Position numbers and translations under genes: made by a program. 64,000 nt of DNA from Callorhinchus milii (taxonomy: Eukaryota), in the NCBI RefSeq assembly GCF_018977255.1, contig NW_024704742.1, positions 10,356,001 to 10,420,000 on the forward strand. The letters run 5' to 3'. The notes beneath the pieces were generated by a model. That model saw nothing but the letters and a program-made list of their open reading frames with translations, did not search any database and was not told the DNA's origin. Below are positions 1 to 11,410 of this stretch, in pieces. Each line of letters starts with the position of its first letter. The stretch's first letter is position 1.

Positions 1-87
1 ACACAGAGAGAGACACACTCACAGACACAGAGAGACACACACACACACAGAAAGACACACACACAGACCACACACACACAAAGAGAG
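1..87. repeat. Compound (CA)/(GA) microsatellite
   Basis: Degenerate ACACAGAGAG units, continuous in character with 583-1245. Confidence 0.9.
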
Positions 88-525
88 ACAACAACAAGAT
101 TGCATTTATAGAGCGCCTTTCACATCGGGAGGACGTCCCAAGGCGCTGGACAGTTGGGTCGGGACCCGAGCCTTGGGGGGAAATGGTGAGGGGAGGGAAG
201 GGAGGGAGGGAGGGAGCGAGGAGGGGGTAGAGAGTCGAGAGGGGAGCTGAAGGCACCGTCAAAGAGAAAGGTCTTGAGACCGGCCTTGAAGGAGGAAAGG
301 GAGGAAGTGGCGAAGGCACTGGGGGATAGATTTCCAGAGCCTAGGGGCTGAGAGGCTGAAGGCCGGGCCACCGATGGTAGGGCGGTTGGGGCGGGGGATG
401 TGGAGCAGACCGGAGCCAGAGGAACGGAGGGTACGGGCGGGTAGGTAGGGGGATAGTAGGTCGGAGAGGTAGGAGGGAGCAAGGCCGTGAATGGCCTTGT
501 AGGTGAGGATGAGGATCTTGAATTT
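88..525 (-). mobile_element. L2-clade LINE 3' end (ORF2 C-terminus + 3'UTR + (TTG)n tail)
   Basis: Minus-strand peptide [24 protein letters not shown]...[13 protein letters not shown] is typical L2 ORF2 C-terminus; tail GGGACGTCCTCCCGATGTGAAAGGCGCTCTATAAATGC-(TTG)n. Confidence 0.9.
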
Positions 526-1245
526 GTGTTTTGGTGTCTCTCTGTGTGTGTGTGTCTCTCTGTCTGTGAGTGTGTCTGCAAAACACCACACACACACAGA
601 GACACACTCACAGAGAGAGACACACTCACAGAGAGACTCACACTCACAGAGAGACACATGCACACAGAGACACACACACACAGAGAGACACACACACACA
701 GAGACACACACACACAGAGACACACACACACAGAGACACACACACACACACAAACAGAGACACACACACACACAGACACACACACACAAACAGAGACACA
801 CACACACACACACAGAGATCCACACTGACACAGAGAGAGACACACACACTCATAGAGAGAGACGCACTCACAGAGAGACACACTCACAGACACAAAGAAA
901 CACACACACACACACACACACACAGAGAGTCACAAAGAAACAGACACACACACAGACACAGAGAGAGACACACACAGACACAGCGAGACACACACAGAGA
1001 GAGACACACAGACACAGAGAGAGATACACACAGATACAGAGAGACACACACACTGACACAGAGAGAGACACATTCACAGAGAGAGACACACTCACAGAGA
1101 GAGACACACACACACAGACACAGAGAGAGTCACACTCACAGACACAGAGAGAGTCACACTCACAGACACAGAGAGAGACACACTCACAGACACAGAGAGA
1201 GACACACATAGACAGAGACACACACAGACGTAGAGAGAGACAGAG
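526..1245. repeat. Long compound (CA)/(GA) microsatellite with an inverted first ~55 nt
   Basis: 526-578 is TG/TC-oriented, 583-1245 is CA/GA-oriented; explains the CV/HT-repeat ORFs. Confidence 0.9.
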
Positions 1246-1404
1246 TCTTTTTTAATACTGTTGTTCAAGAAGAACAACTTGCACTTATATAGCACCCTTC
1301 ACGTGGATAACATCTCAGAGCCCACTGCCCCCTTGACCCCATTTCTCAAAACAGCAAGTCCTGTGCAAAGACTGAGTTGAGCGGAGAGGTGATGGAGGAG
1401 GATG

Positions 1405-1590
1405 GAATGGACGCGAGTGTCGCAGGCAGCAAGGTCAAGTAGCTTGTCATGGTCTACATTATCTGGTTCTTTTACAACCTTAAAAACAGCAATCATATTG
1501 CCTCTCAACCTTCTCTTTTCCAGCGTGAACATACCCAGTTTACTTAATTGCTCTTCAACGTCCAGTCCCTTCATTCCTTCAGTCATTATG
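1405..1590 (-). mobile_element. CR1 LINE ORF2 C-terminal fragment
   Basis: Peptide MKGLDVEEQLSKLGMFTLEKRRLRGNMIAVFK matches the CR1 C-terminal motif. Confidence 0.85.
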
Positions 1591-2489
1591 GTTTTACCCT
1601 CAAGCCAGAAGCTTTAAATTCGAGATCCAGCAGAGTTCTGCAAAAATGATTACAATTCAGATATTAAGAGATTTATAAAACTAGATCGTAAATGAAGAGT
1701 GAATTAAAGCATTTTTTAAAGTATTTGTCCTAAGGATAGGACTCTGAGAAATTTCCTAATAACTGTGGAATCAAACCCAGGAAATTGGTGGTCTACAAAA
1801 CTTGATTCTCAACCTACACATATTCAGTCATTAAACTTGGAGATATAGAATAATCCTTGCATATGATATAGCGTCTTATCACATCATTGAGATGTTTCAA
1901 AGTGCTTTGCAGAATATATTGTAAAGTGAATTTTGGGTTGAAATGCGGCAGTCAATTGCGCACAGGAGTATTCCACAAACAGTCGTGGATTGAGTGACCA
2001 AATTTTTTTGGGGGGTAAGGTTTTTTTTAAGAGAGAGTTTTGGTGACATGATACATCAAATGTAAGGCTTATTAGAATTATTATTTCAGGATTTACATTC
2101 AGCAGTGTCTTCACCAACAGATTCCTCAGCAGCATGCCAAATTCCTTTGCGTTAAAAAGTAAATAAAAATGGTGAACAACATGATGATTTGTTTGCCTTT
2201 TAAGAAATTATGAAGAATTCACCTCACAAGATCCTGGCCTTCTGCCCACTGACATTTTTGGGGTGGTGAGAGCTATATGCACTCAGTGGTACCATTCAAC
2301 AGGAGAACTATACAGATATTCATGAAAGCAAGTGAACACTTTTTGAAAAAACATTATATCCGTGTTGCACCTATTTAGTTCTGTGAATCGGGCCATTAAG
2401 TATTAACCTGGATGTGTTCCACTGAAAAAATTGCACTGAGATCCTCTAATGCCCCAGTGGGTAAAGGAGCTGTCTGATGCTGTTCTATT

Positions 2490-2940
2490 CTCGCCTGAAT
2501 TTACTGGCTCCCCATGCCTGAAAGGACAGAGTTCAAAATCCTCGTCCTTGCTTCCAGGCCCTCCATGGCCTTGCTTCTTCATACCTCTGTGACCTGCTAT
2601 CACCGTATCAACCTGTCTGTTCTTTCCACTCAGCAGGCTCAGGCCTGCTCCATGTCTCCCAACCAGCCCGCCACACCATCGGTGATTAGGCCTTCAGCCT
2701 CACTATGGAACTCCATCCCACAGTCCCTTCGCCTCGCTTGCTCCCTTGCCTGCTTCAAGACACACCTCAAGACCCTCCTCTTCGACCGCATCTTCGGCCA
2801 CCCTCCTACCCCTACCCTTCCTGCCCTCCACCCTCCCTGATCCCAACCCCCCAGCTCAATTCCAAATCCCTGACTGTCCAGTGTCTTGGGACTTCTTCCC
2901 GATGTGAAAGCCACTATATGAACGTAATTTGTTGTTGTGG
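2490..2940 (+). mobile_element. L2 LINE 3' end
   Basis: WLP..RTEFKILVL and LWNSIPQSLRLA..FKTHLKTLLF motifs; (TTG)n tail at ~2929-2938. Confidence 0.85.
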
Positions 2941-3679
2941 TGGTGACTAGGCCACTCGGAGCAGATTCTATCCCGAGACTAAGCAACGTAGACTGATCAC
3001 TGTGGGCCTTGTGGGAGAGGAGGAGAGGGGGAAAAAAAACATTTGAGTGGGTCTGTTGGTTCAGCGCTCCTGGAGAAAATAAATAGGTTCATATCCAATT
3101 GCTAGCCAATGTCTCTCTCAAGGATAAATTACACTCCAGCTGATGACACTGTAGGTAACTTCCTGACCCTCACAGTCCAGTCTCACACTCTAAGAATTAG
3201 CACTTGACGGAGTGCGGTTGGTTTTCAGTGAAGAACTTCAGGAGCCGTTCAGAGTTGAAAATTTGTGTAAAGAAGAACAAACCTTTCATCACACAGGTTG
3301 TTGAGTTGCTTCACTAATCAGAGTAAGATTTTACATCTATTTAACATGTGATCCTGCACATTACAGGTATCAGTGCCTAATTACCATCCAATGCAGCGAA
3401 GACTCCACAGTCACTGAAAGGTTTAAATTTCCTTACTCCACACATCTCTGTTTACATTAAGTAGGAACCTGGTTCTTAGTTGATTGGTGGATTGCTTTTC
3501 GGGGGTAATAATCCCGCAATCAACAATTGTTTGTGGGACACTGATGTGTACAATTCGCTTCCGTGTTTTGCCCACAAAATACACAGTCACTACACTTTAC
3601 AATGTATTCTGTGAAATGCTTTAAGACATCTCAATGATGTGATACAAGCATCTTCCTGGTGGTCGAGGGGGTGGGGGTT

Positions 3680-4285
3680 AGGTGGGATCTCCTTGGAATT
3701 GAACTGACTCCAAGCTGACATGCCTGGCAATGGAATGTCGGAATCAAGCCAGACCTCTGAGGCGGTCTCTAATCCGGTTCCTGAGCCAGGCGGCTCCGTA
3801 GTATTCCAGGGCACTGTTGATGACAGCACAGCCCAGCCTGGCTTATCAGCAGAACCTGGAAAGTCAGACCAGTCACTGGGGGCAGGAAGTCATCCCACCC
3901 AGCTCCCGTTAACCCTGCAAGCCAAAGCCCTAACTGGTAGGGTGGTCCTAGCCAGACAAGCAGCGGGAAAGCTTGCTGGACAACGAAAGCAATGGCAGGC
4001 TATGCTGTTTTAACTGGTTAGACTCCAGCAGTTACCCCAACACACACACACACACTCTAGGGTCCCCAAGCCTTGGCTCTTGCCAACCTGGACCTAATAC
4101 TGTCCAGAATTAGGTCAGCAGCATGCGTCCCTCCAGGGAGAAAGTGTGCATTCCATTTCAACCATATATCTCTGAGATTTCCATGTGTCGGTGGGATGCA
4201 TGGAAATCTCAGCTTGGATACTCTTGAGCATGGTGATGGGTTTCCGCATGTATCAGACATCCGGCTGACCAAACAAAAATCAATG
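3680..4285 (+). mobile_element. ~600-nt hairpin-rich interspersed retroposon (SINE-like; possibly LF-SINE related), most complete copy
   Basis: Homologous copies at ~23490, 27760, 33850, 38897, 43110, 53330 (+ fragments ~46240, ~46740); shared 3' end TCAGACAyCCGGCTGACC-A-rich; variable 5' ends. Confidence 0.75.
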
Positions 4286-4290
4286 ATGTG

Positions 4291-6275
4291 ATCATAGAAT
4301 CGTGCAGCACAGAAAGAGGCCATTCAGCCCATTGCGTCTGCGCCAGCTCCTAAAAGTGCAATCCAACTCAATCCCACTGGCCCGCTTTCTCTCCATAGCT
4401 CTGCATTCCTGTCCTCCCCAAATACCCATCTACTTCCCTCTTAAAAGTTGTTATTGAATCAGCTTCCACTACCCTTTCAGGTAATGCATTCCAGATCCCA
4501 ACAACTCGCTGGTGAAAACATTTTTCCTAACCTCCCCTCTGTTTCTTTTAACAACTAACTTAATCGGTGCTCTCGGGTTACTGACCCACATGCCAGTGAA
4601 AACAATTCTTCTTGGTTCAACCTATCAAATCCTCTCATGATCTTGAAAACCTCTATTAAATCCCCTCTTAATCTTCTCTGCTGTAGGGAGAATAATCCTA
4701 GTTTCGCCAATCTCTCCTTATAACTAAGGTCCTTCATTCCTGGTACCATCCTGGTAAACCTCCTTTGCACCCTCTCCAATGCCCTAACATCTTTCCTAAA
4801 GTGCGGTGCCCAAAACTGAACGCAGTACTCCAACTGAGGCCTAACCAGCATTTTATAAATATTCAACATAACCTCCTGCCTTGTATTCTATGCCCCTATT
4901 TATAAAGCCTAGTATCCTGAATGCTTTTTTAAACAGCTTTTTCTACCTGTCCTGCCACCTTCAGAGATTTGCTTATGTGGCCCTCAGGTCTCTCTGTTCA
5001 TTTGTCCCCTTTAAGATTGTACCATCAGCTTATACTGCCTCTCTTCATTCTTCCTACCAAAATGCAACACTTCGCATTTCTCCACATTAAACCTCATCTG
5101 CCACGTTTCTGCCCATTTTACCAATCTGTCTAAATCCTCTTGGAGTCTGGTGTTATCCTCCTCACCATGAACTACTTTTCCTAGCTTAGTATCATCTGCA
5201 AATTTGGAAATTGTGCTCCCTATATCCAGATCATTAATATAGATCAGAAAGAGCAGTGGTCCCAATACTGACCCCTGAGGGACACCACTACATACCTCCC
5301 TCCAGTCAGAAAAGCAACCATTTATTACCACTCTCTGCTTTCTGTCTCCCTGACAGTTCTGGATCCATGTTGTCACAGTCCCTTTAATACCGTGGGCTTT
5401 AATACTCTTTGCCCTTCTTATTTCCCTTTTCACTTCTCCTCTGTACTTCCTATATTCTATTTGATTATCCTGTGTATTTTGGACCTAACATTTGTCATAA
5501 ACCTCCTTTTTCTGTTTTATTTTAATCCCAATTTCCTTAGTCATCCAGGAAGGTTTGACTGTCCTACCTTTCCCCTTTCTGGGAATGTATTTGCTCTGTC
5601 CCCGATCTATCTCCTCCTTGAAGGTTTCCCATTGTTCGTTTGGTGTCTTACCTGTCAATCTCTCTTTCCAATCTATTTTAGCCAGGTCCCTTTTTAGTTT
5701 ACTAAAATTAGCCTGATTCCAGTTGAGGGTCTTTACCCTTGATTGATTGTTGTCCTTTTCCATAACTATTCTAAACCTAATGATATTAGGTGGATTCGTG
5801 GAGTCCTGTGGCTCAGTGGTTAGAGCACTCGCTTTGCAAGCGAGACACCTGGGTTCAATTCCAGGCAGGGCAAAACCTTGGGCAAGTTTCCTTACTCCAT
5901 ACACCTAATAATAATCCCTCCAAAACAAAACAATAATAAATTGGTCATTTTCAATCCACGACTGTTTGTGGGACATTGTTGTTCGCAATTGGCTGCCGCG
6001 TTCGCCCACAAATATACAGTCAATTCACTTTACAGTGTGTTCTGTGAAGCGCTTTGAGACATCGAGAAGATGTGAAAAGCACTATATCAAATGCAGGGAT
6101 TATTATTATATTATTAATTGTGATCACTGTTATCCAGATGCTCTCCTACTGAAACCTGCTCCACTTGCCCCACTTCATTTTCCAGAACTTCCTTCCTCTT
6201 TGGGTTGGAAACATGCTGATCCAGAAAGTTCTCCTGCACACATTTCAAGAATTCCTCCCCTTCCTTGCCCTTTAC
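4291..6275 (-). mobile_element. CR1 LINE, internally deleted ORF2 (endonuclease end + RT + C-terminus + 3'UTR), interrupted by a SINE
   Basis: GVPQGSVLGPLLFLIYINDL...FADDTKL (5011-5433), LEYCVQFWAP (4555-4869), GEHLDNSDHN endonuclease end (~6117-6150), tail GATTCTATGAT at 4291. Confidence 0.92.
5798..6115 (+). mobile_element. tRNA-Ala-headed SINE, short subfamily
   Basis: Box A/B head GGCTCAGTGGTTAGAGC...GGTTCAATTCC, anticodon loop TTTGCAA, L2-like tail, (TTA)n end; splits the CR1 between SDHN and IIRF. Confidence 0.92.
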
Positions 6276-7232
6276 ACTGTGTGATAAAATGCTATATCAA
6301 ATGCAAAGAATATTATTTGGATTATATTAAGTGATGACCATCTAAGTCGGTAAATACAAGCCAGAATTTTCTTTTTTAAAATTGTGCAACAAATTCCTTC
6401 TGTTTCAGGCAATGGGGCTGAAAAAATGCTAGAACGGCACAGTAAATGGCTCAAATGGTGTTAAGCAACACAAAAATTCACATGCTTATAATACAGGGAA
6501 CCTTGTCCTGAAAAAACATTAAAGCTAATTTCGCATTCACCAAAAATGCCTCTTTACAACCAACTAACAGTTTCACCCTCAAAATATAGTCAATTCACTT
6601 TACAGTATATCTGTGAAGCTCTTTGAGACTTCACAATGACGTGAGAAGTCGATGTATCAAATGCAAGGATTATATCAAATGCAAGGAATATTATTTATAT
6701 AACATCCTTCACATGGGGTAAATTGGTGTTCCATCAAAAGGAAACAAAGGCTGAAGCAAATGGAAGGCAGGGAATTGCCTGGGGCAAGATCCCAATCTAT
6801 AATCAACACACAATCAGAATCAAAATTACCTGACAAATCAACTGATTCTGCTTCCCCCCCACCACCACACACACAAACACTGGTGACCTGGAGTGTACAT
6901 GACACCAGATCATTTTAAGGGAAGATAATTTTTGAATAAAAATATTCCTAATGGCTAAAGGAAAGTGCAGCTGTATCGTGTAGTATACAGATTGCAGTTT
7001 AAAGGTCACCACACATGCTGGAAACACAGCAGGTCAGTGGGAAAGAGAACTGCAGCTGTGAGAGCTTTAAAACATTCACTTGGTAGAGAGCTTTGTCCAC
7101 ACTGAACACTCACCACTGCTCAGCAAGATACGCAGCAGAAATTCCCAATTCCCCCCACCCCCAAATAAAATCCATTCAACTACTGAAAAATCTATTTCTG
7201 AAAACATTAAGAGAAAGAAAGGAATTCACTAC

Positions 7233-7630
7233 CTGTACATCTCCTGTGAAGCCACAGCTCTGAGCTTGCAGCTGATCCAGAAGCAGGTGGATGCACTTGA
7301 CAATATAGGAGTGAAAATAGGGACCAAATTTGTGGCAGTGTTGCTGAGAGCAATCTGAAGGTAACGTTGCAATGAGAGGGGCTGGAGCTCAGGGCTCCCC
7401 CCTCCTTCCCTCCCACTTACTGTGCCTGTAACTCGATGAAGTAGCAGCAGCACTGAACGCTGCTGCTGAGAGCAGAGAAGGCAATAAAGACTGGCCTTCA
7501 ACCCCACTGTGTCTCAAAGCAAACAATTCAACAGGGATCCGTCTGCGCCTCAGCAATGGCACAGATCTTGACATATCTTATCCCGAGGGATGCACCGAAA
7601 CCACCAACTGCAGCCCAACCAACGCAGGAC
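7233..7630 (-). other. Candidate exon of an unidentified gene (alternative donors after 7421 or 7233)
   Basis: Acceptor TGTCTCTTCCCTCAG|G at 7631/7630; donors ACA|GTAAGT (7421) and ATGTACAG|GTAGT (7233); unique, GC-richer sequence; ATG at 7574 would give MSRSVPLLRRRR..., ATG at 7240 would give MY(S/R). Confidence 0.35.
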
Positions 7631-7673
7631 CTGAGGGAAGAGACAGCAAATCTGTTTTTTTTTAAATGTGTGA

Positions 7674-8714
7674 CTCCTTTCTATGTGAAGCATTTGCACA
7701 CCTCAAATGCGGAATAGGAAACCTCACTTTTGACTTGCCCAGAATCTCTTTGTTTGTCATGTTACCCACAGCGGCAATGGTTCCACTATACCAAACTAAC
7801 AGTGGATACAAAACACAAAATACTATAGATGCTGGAAATCTGAAAACAAAAACAGGAGTCGCTGGGAACACTCAGCAGGTCAGGCAGCATCTATGGAGAA
7901 AGTCAACATTTTGGGTCCACGACCCTTCATCAGAACTCTGGATACAGTTACTCCCTGGGGCTGAAGCCTCACAATGTACTGTGTCCCCATCTCCCTGAGC
8001 AGGTCTGAGACTGTCTGGCTCCCCACAGAGACCGGTTGGACTGAAGCCCTGAGCGTATGGATGTGTTTCAGACACAGGGGCTCCCGCAATCCCCCTGATG
8101 TTCTGAATTGAATTACTCTCTCACACCCCCCACCCTCAGGGCAGGATCTTGCCAAAGAGAAGCTTGGCACATGGTGCCCTGAGCATCCTTTGTGGCTCCC
8201 TGTACATAGCTTTTCCACACAGCCACCTCCCTCCCACTCTGATCTGAACTCCCCTTAATATTCAGACACTGATTTGAAACAGCTTTGGAGAGCTCCTCTC
8301 AGTGCATCTAACAGAGAGATGAAGTGGCAATCTTAACTTCAAGGTTTCCACAAGAACCTCCGGTTAGTTCTGTACAGGATAAGTAATTGCTTCCTTAACT
8401 TCTAATTGTGCCTGTGGTCTGAAGATTGCACAAAGGAATGAGCCAGCCACAAAAACAAGGTTAGGAGGTGATGCACAAAAGACCTGGGGTCTTTTCAACC
8501 AACTTGCGATCTGACACGCTCCTGAACAAACAAAATTGTTAAACTGCAAAACAGACTGTGTGTCAAGCTCTGCTGCCCTGCCAGACTCAAAATGATACAC
8601 GGGGTTAGGGATTAGTGCTTCTATGGTCTCCTTTCTATGTGAAGCATTTGCACACCTCAAATGGGGAATAGGAAACCTCACTTCTGACTTGCCCAGAATC
8701 TCTTTGTTTGTCAT
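7674..8714 (+). repeat. 87-bp direct repeat pair (7674-7760 and 8628-8714)
   Basis: CTCCTTTCTATGTGAAGC...TTTGTTTGTCAT present twice with 2 mismatches. Confidence 0.95.
7812..7940 (-). mobile_element. Penelope-like element pLTR relic with decayed minimal hammerhead ribozyme motif (7901-7937)
   Basis: Minus strand: AGTT-CTGATGA-A-GGGTC-GTG-GACCC-AAAAT-GTT-GACT; GAAAC changed to AAAAT consistent with CpG decay; flank homologous to 23137-23250. Confidence 0.75.
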
Positions 8715-9109
8715 TTTCAATTGAAATTTTGCCCATACGCTTGTTCTGCAGGAAAAAAGAAGTCTACTTTTATTTGAGTCCTGAATATTACAAGATGCTG
8801 CAGACCAAAAATGCTGTCTTGTATATAGAACCTAGATTTTATTTGTTAATCAATTGCCTCTGCACTCGTGCCGGCAGTGCCGACTACACAGTCACCAAAA
8901 TGTATTTGCTGCTGAGATTTACAAACAGAAACTCTTGACAGTGAACATAAATGCATCATACTAATCTGAGTGCTTTTGCTATCAAAACATCCAATCTAAA
9001 TCCCATTGTTCCCATGATCTCTCCTTCCTCCCCCCAACTGGAAATTGGCAAAAGTGTCTGAATCACTCATTTCATATCTGGCAAGCCAATAGTACTTTCT
9101 GCCCCCAGA

Positions 9110-9430
9110 AAGTGCGGCATTATTAAACATACTGCCTTTGAACGAGACATTGGGACAAGACAAAGTAATTTCAGCCTGTTCAGGTGGACATTAATAGTTC
9201 CTATGGCACTACATTAGAAGAAAGGTAGAGAATTTTCCTGGCCAAAATTACTCGTCTCTCATTCAAGAGCAAATTAATTAGGCATTCGTCTCAATGTTGT
9301 TTATGGGATGTTGCTGGTGCAGATAGCTGGGTGCCTGTATGGAACAATTGCACACATCTCAAAAAACAATCCATTAAGCGAAGAGCTTTGGACTATTTAC
9401 ATAAAACTCTACACTGAATGCAAGTATTAT
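9110..9430 (+). mobile_element. Old DeuSINE/SacSINE1-like fragment
   Basis: CCTGTTCAGGTGGAC..TTCCTATGGCACTA..GAAGAA..TTTCCTGGCCAA..TGTTTATGGGATGTTGCTG core plus L2-like tail. Confidence 0.65.
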
Positions 9431-11064
9431 TTGGATAAGTAATTATGGATGTCACCATGTTAGTAAATAAAATATCAGCAGTTCTCACAATAAAAGCTAT
9501 TTTATTTATAATGAATAAATGAATCCTGTATCTCCCAAGACAAAATGAATATTTGAGGGGAGATTTACTTTTGTGTTTAAATTATCCAGTGGTTGTATCC
9601 CTTCATTAAAGATCATGGATTGAACTGGACAGCACTAAAGAACATCAGTCATTAATTTAATAGAATCACAAGTCAAGGGTGATGTATGATCTGCAGTATA
9701 AATCTTGGAACTGCTGCATTGCTGGCAGAAATATTCAATCTCCGAACAACATGAATTTATATAGTGCCTTACACGTGAGGGAATGTCTCAAAGTACTTGA
9801 TACATGTAATGGTGAACACAGAGCAGGGAGAGGAGAGGTTTTAAAACATTCTTAAAGGCCTGTCTCTTCAGATGGTATAGATAGGAAAGGACTTATGGAC
9901 TAACCATATGTAAGCTCTTGGGCAAGACATTGTGTGTTAAACTATAAGTTCTGAGGGCACCTGCATTGATCAGAATTACAGTGCTGTACTTTCAAACAAA
10001 TTTAAATCCTAAATTGTCAATTTAAGTCATCAGCAAATTTATTCAAATCAACTGCAGTGGAGAGAAGCCTGGGCTGATGGACTCAAGTACATAACAAAGC
10101 AGAATGTAGAAACAAACAAACTAACACCAGCAAAATCTGACAACATCCAATGTAAAGATTATTGGGTTCAGTAAATCACAACAATTAAATGTACAAGTTG
10201 CTGTAGTTTTAGCCTCTGGGCAGTTTAGGGAAGCTGGTGCAACTTATGGTTAAGTACTGGTGATACTGCAGCTTTCACTTCCATTGGGTTATGAGCGCAG
10301 CTTGAACAAATATTTGGAGGTCAATTTGGTCATAAGTGAACGGAGTTTGAGCCTTTATACAAACACCCACAAATATATCTGGCCCCAGCACATCTGGACT
10401 GAGCCCAATCTCCATTCATCTCATTTCAGACTGATTTCATTGCACAAGAGGAATCCCCTCTGACAAACAGACGTGGCCAGAGTGCTGATGTCCACTTTGA
10501 CACAACAAAGGAGTCCTTCCAATAATGATATCTTTAGGGTAGAAAATAAAAAATTCTGGAACCCTTCAAAAGGTGAACACTTTACTCAGTATGCTGTCAC
10601 CTTTGATGAATAACTGGACGAATGCACAGAACAAAAGAACATTTCTGAACTCATGCTGAAACCTTCATTCACACCTTTGGCATTTCCAGGCTCAATTATT
10701 CAAATGTCTTTCTTGCCAGAATCCACAGCTCTTCCCTACACAAGCTGCAGTCCATCCAGAACTCCACAGCCCATGCTGTCCCCTATATCAGGCTCCAAGG
10801 ACATTATCCCCTTATATCAAGCGTTCTGGGAAGCTTCCCCATGTGAAAGGCGCTATATAAATGCAAGTTGCTGTTGTCAAGGTGACCACAACTGTATGTC
10901 GTACTCTAGGTTGGCCTGATCAGAATACTATACAGCCCGAATATGACGTCTGGGATCTGAACTCAACTGATTTAGCTCATTCCAAATCATCTTGCCCTCT
11001 CTATTTCATTACATATTTTCTTATCTGTACCCTGGCATAGAATTGCTTTTCACCTCTACCTTTT

Positions 11065-11410
11065 AATAATATAATAATAATCCTTGCATTTGATATAGCG
11101 CCTTATCACGTCTTCAAGACGTCTCAAAGCACTTCACAGAATATACTGTAAAGTGAATTGACTGTAATTTGTGGGTGAAACACGACAGCCAATTGCACAC
11201 AGAAGTGTCCCACAAAAGAGTGGTGAATTGAGTGACCGAATTATTATTTTTTGAAGGAATTATTACCCTCGGAAAATCGAACCGCCAATCGACTAACAAC
11301 CGGGTTCCTACTTACTGCTAGGTAAACAGAGGCGTGTGGAGTAAGGAAACTTGCCCAATTTTTCACCCTGCTGGGAATCGCTTGCAAGGCGAGTGAGCTA
11401 CAAAACTCCA
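11065..11410 (-). mobile_element. tRNA-Ala SINE, long subfamily
   Basis: Contains internal CTGTTTACCTAGCAGTAAGTAGGAACCCGGTTGTTAGTCGATTGGCGG block; followed by an opposite-orientation 3' half at ~11440-11662. Confidence 0.9.

Noticed and set aside
120..1295. Long ORFs of 200-267 aa rich in CV/HT/RE
   Set aside because: Translations of the CA/GA microsatellite fused to an L2 fragment; not genes
3900..3960. Twister ribozyme-like TAACCCTGC...GGTCCTAGCC in the structured repeat (also GGTCCCAAGCCC at ~55327)
   Set aside because: I could not build the P2'/GAGGG pseudoknot partner consistently across copies; the 55327 match is a DeuSINE box-B region
5798..5875. tRNA-Ala genes (here and at other SINE heads)
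   Set aside because: Each continues into SINE body and tail, with no oligo-T terminator after the acceptor stem
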